5,046 bases of DNA, taken from a virus. This document shows, one piece after another, positions 1-4,366 of the stretch. Every line of letters starts with the position of its first letter. Position 1 is the stretch's first letter. A model generated the notes under the pieces. It had not been told where the DNA came from, made no database searches, and saw only the letters and a list, made by a program, of their open reading frames with translations. The position numbers and the translations under genes were made by a program. The stretch lies in IMG/VR virus record IMGVR_UViG_3300017764_004042. One strand, written 5' to 3'.

Positions 1-123
1 ATGATGAGGGAGAATTCACAGGCAAACTAGTTACAGCAAACAAAGGGGTTGTCTTAGCACCGTATGAAAGGAGACAATACCAAAGGGTAATTGGAACTTT
101 GAATCAACAGATTGATGCTCTCA
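1..123. repeat. Terminal direct repeat, copy 1 (exact duplicate of 4924..5046); circularisation overlap
   Basis: Compared base by base. atgatgagggagaattcacaggcaaactagttacagc...caacagattgatgctctca occurs at both window ends in the same orientation, with no mismatch seen. Implies a unit length of 4923 bp. Confidence 0.95.
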
Positions 124-185
124 AGGCTGAGAGAGACGCTCTCCGCTCTAATAGGTTCAAGTTTTGGAAAAAGATACCTCAATAG
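1..185 (+). CDS. 3' part of the junction-spanning gene (same gene as 4779..5046): putative ribbon-helix-helix plus coiled-coil DNA-binding protein
   Basis: The frame with codons at 3-5, 6-8 and so on is open from the window start to TAG at 183-185, and is in phase with the ORF that runs off the 3' end. The joined ORF (4779..4923 + 1..185) is 330 nt and encodes 109 aa. The C-terminal part YERRQYQRVIGTLNQQIDALKAERDALRSNRF looks like a coiled coil. Confidence 0.7.
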   Translation, partial: DEGEFTGKLVTANKGVVLAPYERRQYQRVIGTLNQQIDALKAERDALRSNRFKFWKKIPQ

Positions 186-191
186 GGGGTA

Positions 192-596
192 TTAACCAAA
201 TATTGCATCTAATAAAGCCGCCAATCCTGCTCTAGAGACAGGGGTTGAACCCGGTAATGGTAAACCTGTTACAGAATCAATAATTACATCACTTCCAATT
301 TCTCCGTAATCAATTGTTAAACCTGCTTCTTTTGCAGCATCGTATTGATTCTTAAAATCTTGATATATTTCACCGACTTCAGTTAGTCCCGGTGCGGCTA
401 CATATTTTATTCCAAAGTAACTACCGATTAATGAAAAGATAAAAGTCATCGCTGAAACGTCGGAAACTAATGCTACTGCAGGGGTTGCGATTTTGTTTAC
501 TTGATATGCAACTAATGCACCTTCAATTAATTCTCTTTCAGATCGGCCAAAAACAATTTCATGTCTTATGACTTGATCTGGTTTTGGCTTAGGCAT
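192..596 (-). CDS. 134-aa hypothetical protein with a central hydrophobic (membrane) segment; last gene of the minus-strand operon
   Basis: ATG start at 596 is preceded by GAGTGAT (SD-like) 3 nt upstream and lies 8 nt after the stop of the upstream gene. The hydrophobic stretch ATPAVALVSDVSAMTFIFSLIGSYFGIKYVAAPG suggests 1-2 TM helices. No family recognised. Confidence 0.8.
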   Translation of the reverse strand: MPKPKPDQVIRHEIVFGRSERELIEGALVAYQVNKIATPAVALVSDVSAMTFIFSLIGSYFGIKYVAAPGLTEVGEIYQDFKNQYDAAKEAGLTIDYGEIGSDVIIDSVTGLPLPGSTPVSRAGLAALLDAIFG

Positions 597-604
597 AAAA
601 TCAC

Positions 605-1837
605 TCAGAATTTAATAGACCATGCAACTTGATTTATTTTGTTTAATTGGTTGTCTGCTTTTGTAAATGAAGCCGGTAAACTTGAGGCTGTGCTGGTGGA
701 TCTAATACAATTGTAAACTGTACCGTTGTAATGACTTAACCCTAAACAAGCAGCCATTGAAGCGCGTGGGACAGTGCTGACATTAGGTCCAGCGCTACCT
801 GTCATAACAATCGCCATCCAATAAGTTTGACCTTGAGTTATTGAAACTGAACTGGTGAAGGTTGTTTGAGTATACAAATCCGCGCCACCGTTCACATCTA
901 ATGTTACTGAACCTTGTAAAGAATCGGGATAACCCTCTGAATCAGTATCATAAACGCCCATAATTAGAGTATCTTTACTAGTATTTGTTACACCCGTTCT
1001 AATTGTAATTTCAGATAAAGTACCCGTTTTATTTGCTATAAATCTATGATAAACTACATATTCATCTTGAACCGCATTATTCAAAGTGTAGTCCATTAAA
1101 CAATTAATATCCCACGGTTGAAACCTAGAATATGTCCCGTCTAATTGAGCGGTTATGGGTTGGAATGCTAATGTTGTTGATCCCCCACCACTCGCCGCCG
1201 TTGATTGAGTTGTTCCGTCGGGAAATGTCAGGCCACCAGAAGCACTTGATACATCCAAGACAAATGAAGCAGATCCGCCTTTAACTTTCAATTTCTGATT
1301 TTCATCACAAATCAAACTAACTGCCTTTGTTGCTGAAGAAATATTGATTTCTGCATCACCAGAAGAAGCAACTAAAGTAAACGTGTTTGTTTTGTTTGTG
1401 GCTAGTAAACCTGTAGCAGATAAAACACCGGCTACGTTGTATTGGATCTGGCCGTCTGCGCCGCCGGGTGTTGCAGATATTGTCATATCATCGTTAGCGC
1501 CCGCACCATGAGCCATTGAAATGTTATTACCGACTACTAATTTACGTGCTGCTGTTAATGCTGTTGGGACTGTTCCTTGATCGTATGCCAATAAATAATC
1601 CGCATCAGTAGGCGCACCACCCGATCCACCGCTTAGAAACCCATCCCAATCACCACGAACCGCCATCCTAGCAAGTTGAACAAGCACTAATCTTCTCAAT
1701 TCATCTTCATTCTCTGGTTCAATGAATAGTTTTTCTGCTACACCTTGAAACTGAGCATACGATAAATTCTCTAGATCGGTCTCTTTTAGTAATTCATATA
1801 TCCTACTGGACCAATTATTTGTATCTGGTAACGGCAT
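605..1837 (-). CDS. 410-aa putative spike / fibre (receptor-binding) protein: N-terminal anchoring module, Gly linker, beta-rich repeat region, C-terminal beta-sandwich-like domain
   Basis: The ORF track gives 605..1870 with a TTG start. I prefer ATG at 1837 (MPLPDTNNWSSRIY...) for two reasons: it parallels the MPLPNAERKSSRIY start of the 72-aa paralogue, and it has GAGTTGAT 4 nt upstream. A linker SGGSGGAP follows the module. The Ser/Thr/Gly/Ala-rich beta region contains LTFPDGTTQSTA, a motif of the kind seen in tail-fibre and glycoprotein repeats. The C-terminal ~180 aa (YHRFIANKTGTLSEITIRTG...GQTYWMAIVM) has a jelly-roll or lectin-like alternating pattern. Confidence 0.85.
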   Translation of the reverse strand: MPLPDTNNWSSRIYELLKETDLENLSYAQFQGVAEKLFIEPENEDELRRLVLVQLARMAVRGDWDGFLSGGSGGAPTDADYLLAYDQGTVPTALTAARKLVVGNNISMAHGAGANDDMTISATPGGADGQIQYNVAGVLSATGLLATNKTNTFTLVASSGDAEINISSATKAVSLICDENQKLKVKGGSASFVLDVSSASGGLTFPDGTTQSTAASGGGSTTLAFQPITAQLDGTYSRFQPWDINCLMDYTLNNAVQDEYVVYHRFIANKTGTLSEITIRTGVTNTSKDTLIMGVYDTDSEGYPDSLQGSVTLDVNGGADLYTQTTFTSSVSITQGQTYWMAIVMTGSAGPNVSTVPRASMAACLGLSHYNGTVYNCIRSTSTASSLPASFTKADNQLNKINQVAWSIKF

Positions 1838-1848
1838 TTTAATCAACT

Positions 1849-2067
1849 CTATGTCAGGAATCCATCCCAATCACCTTTACAGGCTGTGATTGCGAACTTA
1901 ATTAGTACTAATCTTCGTAACTCATCCTCATTCAACTGCATAACGTCTAACGGTTTGCCGACGTTATCAATCGTGGGATTTTCACCGCTTGCGATCTCTT
2001 CAAGCGTTTTACCTTGCATGATAGGATAAATCCTTGAGGACTTCCTTTCAGCATTAGGTAACGGCAT
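1849..2067 (-). CDS. 72-aa protein, free-standing paralogue of the N-terminal module of the 410-aa spike protein
   Basis: ATG at 2067 with AGTGAT SD-like motif upstream. Residues shared with the spike N-terminus: MPLP, SSRIY, NEDELRRLVL, GDWDGFL. The ORF stops exactly where the spike protein continues into its Gly linker. Confidence 0.8.
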   Translation of the reverse strand: MPLPNAERKSSRIYPIMQGKTLEEIASGENPTIDNVGKPLDVMQLNEDELRRLVLIKFAITACKGDWDGFLT

Positions 2068-2077
2068 TCATATCACT

Positions 2078-2248
2078 TTATAATTTTTTAAGATATTTAC
2101 TAACCATGGCTTCAATAGCAATATAATCTTTGGTACTCATAGCCCCAAACTGTTGTTCGCTAGAACCTAACATCCAAAGTTTCTTCGCTTTAGATAATAT
2201 TCCTTTGTAAGCGTTTTTTCTTTGAGTCTTAGTCATCTTCTTAGCCAT
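2078..2248 (-). CDS. 56-aa highly basic small protein (not in supplied ORF track); possible nucleic-acid-binding or internal virion protein
   Basis: Hand translation: MAKKMTKTQRKNAYKGILSKAKKLWMLGSSEQQFGAMSTKDYIAIEAMVSKYLKKL, with TAA at 2078-2080. ATG at 2248 is preceded by GGTGAT, which directly follows the TAA stop of the 228-aa gene (TAAGGTGATTAAATG). It fills an otherwise unexplained 190-nt gap in a tightly packed operon. Confidence 0.65.
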   Translation of the reverse strand: MAKKMTKTQRKNAYKGILSKAKKLWMLGSSEQQFGAMSTKDYIAIEAMVSKYLKKL

Positions 2249-2257
2249 TTAATCACC

Positions 2258-2944
2258 TTAAGCAGAAGTTATGTATTGTGCTGTGTAGTTTAGATCAACA
2301 CGCATTGAACATGGTTTCATGTAAGGTTGAACGACAATAGGATTTGATGCGGCAATAGCGCCACTCAGATTTCCGTTGCTCATTGTTACTTGACATCCCC
2401 CTGCAACGGATGTAATCAATGCTTGATCGATTGAAGTAAATTGGGCTTGGGTTACAACTTGACCTTGAAGAGTTTCTCCAATTGTGTTAGAAGTCTGCAA
2501 ATCAACAAGTTGGAATGTTCCCGCACCTGCTGCTACACTAGCACCAATAAAGATACGTGGAACGCCTTGATTAGTATAAACTGCTAATGAAGCATTCCTG
2601 CCGCCAGCAACCATAGTGAAAACTCTTAACTGATCTCCAGCCATTAGAGTTACAGGGCGAGCGAGACCGGGAGTTCCACACGCAACACCTTTCACGGCAA
2701 AGGGGACCAGAGATAGAATCAATCCTTTCCTTAAGATGTATGCGTATGAAATGTTAGCGCCTGCTGTAACTAATCCAGAAGTTACAGTTTGGCCTGTTGC
2801 GAAGTCCCCGATATTCTGGGCTGTTACGGTATAAGCGGTATCTGTGGTTAGACTTGCTTCGGTTCCGTCAGTAATTGTTGCATTTAGAGGAATCTTGAAA
2901 CCGCTTGAGCAGTTTAGAACACCTGTTACGTTTTGTGTTGTCAT
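2258..2944 (-). CDS. 228-aa beta-rich protein, candidate major capsid/structural protein
   Basis: ATG at 2944 is preceded by the strongest SD in the genome, GAGGTGATC (plus-strand 2949-2957), which overlaps the upstream stop codon. The sequence is rich in Thr/Ala/Gly/Val/Ser with no long hydrophobic segment and an alternating beta-like pattern. The capsid role is inferred from position, size and expression signal only. Confidence 0.85.
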   Translation of the reverse strand: MTTQNVTGVLNCSSGFKIPLNATITDGTEASLTTDTAYTVTAQNIGDFATGQTVTSGLVTAGANISYAYILRKGLILSLVPFAVKGVACGTPGLARPVTLMAGDQLRVFTMVAGGRNASLAVYTNQGVPRIFIGASVAAGAGTFQLVDLQTSNTIGETLQGQVVTQAQFTSIDQALITSVAGGCQVTMSNGNLSGAIAASNPIVVQPYMKPCSMRVDLNYTAQYITSA

Positions 2945-2955
2945 CTTAGATCACC

Positions 2956-3390
2956 TCAAAGTTTGAAACCTGCCCCTAATGGTTTGAATATGTTGCGATT
3001 TACATTTGCTATAGGTCTGCGAAGTAATTTTCTGCCTAGACGAAAACCGATTCCTATTCCTAAAGACTGCACTGCCATTGCTTGATAGTTGTTCATGAAG
3101 TTGTTTTGAACAATTCCAAATGCTTGATCTGGCGCTGAGACTATATCAGCCAAAGAGATCTGGCCGGCACCTACTTCCATAGTTACCATACCAACACCTG
3201 CGCCACCGAATCCGGTCTTGTAACCTAGATCGGCACCACCTGTTACGAATCCAACGGGAGATGTCCCCATTAATCCTTGGGATAATACATTAGCATAAGC
3301 ATAACTTTCTGCTACATTCAATAGTGAAGTCGCTCGACTTCTGCGTGGGCTTCTTGACTTTTTTCTGCGGGCCATGCTGAGATCGGCCAT
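2956..3390 (-). CDS. 144-aa protein with Arg/Lys-rich N-terminus and Gly-rich hydrophobic segments; candidate genome-binding or membrane-associated structural protein
   Basis: First gene after the 3391-3480 spacer, with no SD. N-terminus MADLSMARRKKSRSPRRSRATS, followed by GFVTGGADLGYKTGFGGAGVGMVTMEVGAG and LGIGIGFRLG. An alternative start at Met6 (ATG at 3375) would be leaderless relative to a TATAAA element at 3399-3404. Confidence 0.8.
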   Translation of the reverse strand: MADLSMARRKKSRSPRRSRATSLLNVAESYAYANVLSQGLMGTSPVGFVTGGADLGYKTGFGGAGVGMVTMEVGAGQISLADIVSAPDQAFGIVQNNFMNNYQAMAVQSLGIGIGFRLGRKLLRRPIANVNRNIFKPLGAGFKL

Positions 3391-3480
3391 ATTTCCGGTT
3401 TATAGTAGTTGACTGTCATTTTCCGGAATTCGGAGCAAATTTAGCTAATTTTTTTCCGGAAAACGGAAACCTGGTTTCCG
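3391..3480 (-). promoter_or_regulatory. Intergenic spacer with clustered TTTCCG / CGGAAA half-sites and two perfect palindromes; candidate operator, promoter of the structural operon, or origin
   Basis: TTTCCG occurs at 3392, 3420, 3453 and 3475. CGGAAA or CGGAAT occurs at 3424, 3457 and 3464. There is a 12-bp palindrome TTTTCCGGAAAA at 3452-3463 and a 17-bp palindrome CGGAAACCTGGTTTCCG at 3464-3480. A TATAAA element (minus strand) lies at 3399-3404. Confidence 0.5.
3460..3480 (-). terminator. Possible terminator of the 100-aa gene: hairpin followed by a T-run on the minus strand
   Basis: Immediately after the TAG stop (3481-3483), the minus strand reads CGGAAACCAGGTTTCCG (8-bp arms) and then TTTT. 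The 1-nt centre means the real stem would be about 6-7 bp. The same sequence could instead be a protein-binding palindrome. Confidence 0.3.
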
Positions 3481-3783
3481 CTATTCGTCTTTAGATACAA
3501 ATAATCCTTTATCGTCTCTTTCGATCACTTTCATAGCAGCCGGTTGTTGATTTTGTTGGCTCATGTTAGCAATTAACTGACCGATTGCCATTTGAATTGG
3601 ATTAATCGGCTCACTTTCACCCATTCCCGGGATTTTTTCAACCACTGATCGTATTGCTAACGCCAGTTTTTCGTCTAATTCAATTAATCCGTCTTCAATT
3701 TTATGTCCTAGATCTATTAATAGTTTGAAAACTACGCCAAAACCTACAATTATTGTTCCTATAATATAGAGGGTCTCCATCAT
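3481..3783 (-). CDS. 100-aa protein with N-terminal transmembrane anchor and a helical, Gln-rich C-terminal part
   Basis: The ORF track gives 3481..3915 with a TTG start. I prefer the ATGATG at 3783/3780 (MMETLYIIGTIIVGFGVVFKLLIDLGHK...), which is preceded by GGGGT. An alternative GTG at 3816 would add a basic n-region, FKNRKGLVGV. The longer extension runs through the G-tract region and the divergent promoter region. Confidence 0.7.
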   Translation of the reverse strand: MMETLYIIGTIIVGFGVVFKLLIDLGHKIEDGLIELDEKLALAIRSVVEKIPGMGESEPINPIQMAIGQLIANMSQQNQQPAAMKVIERDDKGLFVSKDE

Positions 3784-3785
3784 GA

Positions 3786-3834
3786 CCCCAACCAACCCCT
3801 TTCGGTTCTTAAACACCCCCCAAACCCCAATCCC
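3786..3834 (-). other. G-tract cluster on the minus strand (C-tracts on plus); potential G-quadruplex / i-motif element
   Basis: Plus-strand C-runs lie at 3786-3789, 3796-3799, 3816-3821 (six C), 3825-3828 and 3832-3834. The minus strand reads GGGATTGGGGTTTGGGGGGTG...GGGGTTGGTTGGGG. This stands out in an AT-rich genome. Confidence 0.4.
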
Positions 3835-3955
3835 AATCCTTTTAATTGGCTTCGTGTGCGAATATACATATTCACAGCCGGTAGGCTGCCGCTTGAAAGG
3901 AATTGAGAGCGTCAAAAAACTGCGTTTTTTTCCTGCCGGCTGAACGCCGGATGTA

Positions 3956-3962
3956 TTATATA
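3956..3962 (+). promoter_or_regulatory. TATA-box-like / -10-like element for the plus-strand operon
   Basis: TTATATA is centred about 26-29 nt upstream of the ATG at 3988, and that ATG has no SD. This geometry fits an archaeal TATA box driving a leaderless or near-leaderless mRNA. It could also be read as a bacterial -10 (TATTAT/TATATA), but I found no convincing -35. Confidence 0.4.
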
Positions 3963-3987
3963 GCCCCTACGGGCCAAAATCGATATT

Positions 3988-4116
3988 ATGGAGACACGCG
4001 ACATTAACGCAGACGCAGAAACAGTTGAAATAAAACGCCATTTGAAAGCATTAGGGGTAAAAGTATCCGGATCAAGAAAAGAATGTTTAGAAAGATTGCA
4101 GGAATCGATATTATGA
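3988..4116 (+). CDS. 42-aa stand-alone SAP / HeH-motif DNA-binding protein
   Basis: Hand translation: METRDINADAETVEIKRHLKALGVKVSGSRKECLERLQESIL. The segment EIKRHLKALGVKVSGSRKECLERL matches the helix-extended loop-helix SAP pattern (ELRxxLxxRGLxxxGxKxxLixRL) nearly position for position. The stop TGA at 4114-4116 overlaps the next ATG (ATGA). Confidence 0.7.
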   Translation: METRDINADAETVEIKRHLKALGVKVSGSRKECLERLQESIL

Positions 4117-4247
4117 AGAGGGACTATCGGTTTGACGACAAGTGTTGTATTTGCAGAATACATCAAAGATACAAAGATGAAAAAATGAGATTATGGGGCA
4201 TTTGTGAAAAATGTAAAGACATGATTAACGGAGATTGGATATTATGA
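4113..4247 (+). CDS. 44-aa zinc-ribbon micro-protein (CxxC-x16-CxxC)
   Basis: Hand translation: MKRDYRFDDKCCICRIHQRYKDEKMRLWGICEKCKDMINGDWIL. Both the start and the stop overlap neighbouring genes in ATGA fashion. Two CxxC pairs are spaced as in a zinc ribbon. Confidence 0.65.
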   Translation: MKRDYRFDDKCCICRIHQRYKDEKMRLWGICEKCKDMINGDWIL

Positions 4248-4366
4248 ATCTAAGATGTTCTAAGTGTCAGTTAGTGTTTCTAGTCAACACCTTTGAAGAT
4301 GTAAGGATCATACAGGCTATGTCTTGTCCAGAAGGAGCAGGTCATAAATTAAGTGAGGTGGCATAA
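4244..4366 (+). CDS. 40-aa putative zinc-binding micro-protein (CxxC ... C-x5-H)
   Basis: Hand translation: MNLRCSKCQLVFLVNTFEDVRIIQAMSCPEGAGHKLSEVA. The stop TAA overlaps the methyltransferase ATG (TAATG). The 3' end of the gene carries the GAGGTG SD for the methyltransferase. Confidence 0.6.
   Translation: MNLRCSKCQLVFLVNTFEDVRIIQAMSCPEGAGHKLSEVA

Larger units (their letters stand above)
3784..3987. promoter_or_regulatory. Divergent intergenic control region between the minus-strand 100-aa gene and the plus-strand operon
   Basis: This is the only sizeable non-coding stretch apart from 3391-3480. It contains:
- an imperfect inverted repeat TGTGcgAATAT-ac-ATATTCACA (3855-3876);
- a hairpin CAGCC-ggta-GGCTG (3875-3888);
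- an AT hairpin AAAAAAC-tgc-GTTTTTT (3914-3930);
- a hairpin CCGGC-tgaac-GCCGG (3936-3950);
- a TATA-like element TTATATA (3956-3962). Confidence 0.55.

Noticed and set aside
1-123. Terminal repeats as LTRs or ends of a transposon or insertion sequence
   Set aside because: The repeats are direct, perfectly identical and lie inside a coding sequence that is only completed by joining the ends. No transposase or integrase is present. They are best explained as a circular-assembly overlap or terminal redundancy.
1838-1870. TTG-start extension of the spike ORF, and a possible -1 frameshift fusing the 72-aa ORF to the 410-aa ORF
   Set aside because: The spike frame is the -1 frame relative to the 72-aa ORF and overlaps it by about 22 nt. 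However, the overlap (T TGG GAT GGA TTC CTG ACA TAG) contains no X XXY YYZ slippery heptamer and I saw no obvious downstream structure. The ATG at 1837 reproduces the paralogue's MPLP start, so these are most simply two separate genes.
605-2944. Many N-x-S/T sequons in the 228-aa and 410-aa proteins as evidence for N-glycosylated (archaeal-type) virion proteins
   Set aside because: Both proteins are generally rich in Asn, Ser and Thr, so the apparent excess (about 6 and about 9 sequons) is only around twofold over a crude expectation. That is not statistically convincing by eye.
3399-3404. Plus-strand reading of TTTATA as a promoter driving antisense transcription into the 100-aa gene
   Set aside because: There is no plus-strand ORF downstream. 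The element sits at the expected distance from the minus-strand Met6 ATG of the 144-aa gene, so the minus-strand orientation is more parsimonious.
3784-3915. N-terminal 44-aa extension of the 3481..3915 ORF (TTG start)
   Set aside because: The TTG start has no SD. The extension crosses the G-tract cluster and inverted repeats of the intergenic control region. A tandem ATGATG at 3783, directly before a clean TM helix, is a more natural start. GTG at 3816 is kept as an alternative.
3912-4166. 84-aa minus-strand ORF from the supplied track
   Set aside because: It is antisense to the SAP and first zinc-ribbon genes and runs through the divergent promoter region. It has no SD. Its translation (MMYSANTTLVVKPIVPLHNIDSCNLSKHSF...) has no motif or compositional coherence, whereas the plus-strand frames carry clear motifs and ATGA coupling. 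It is probably a shadow ORF.
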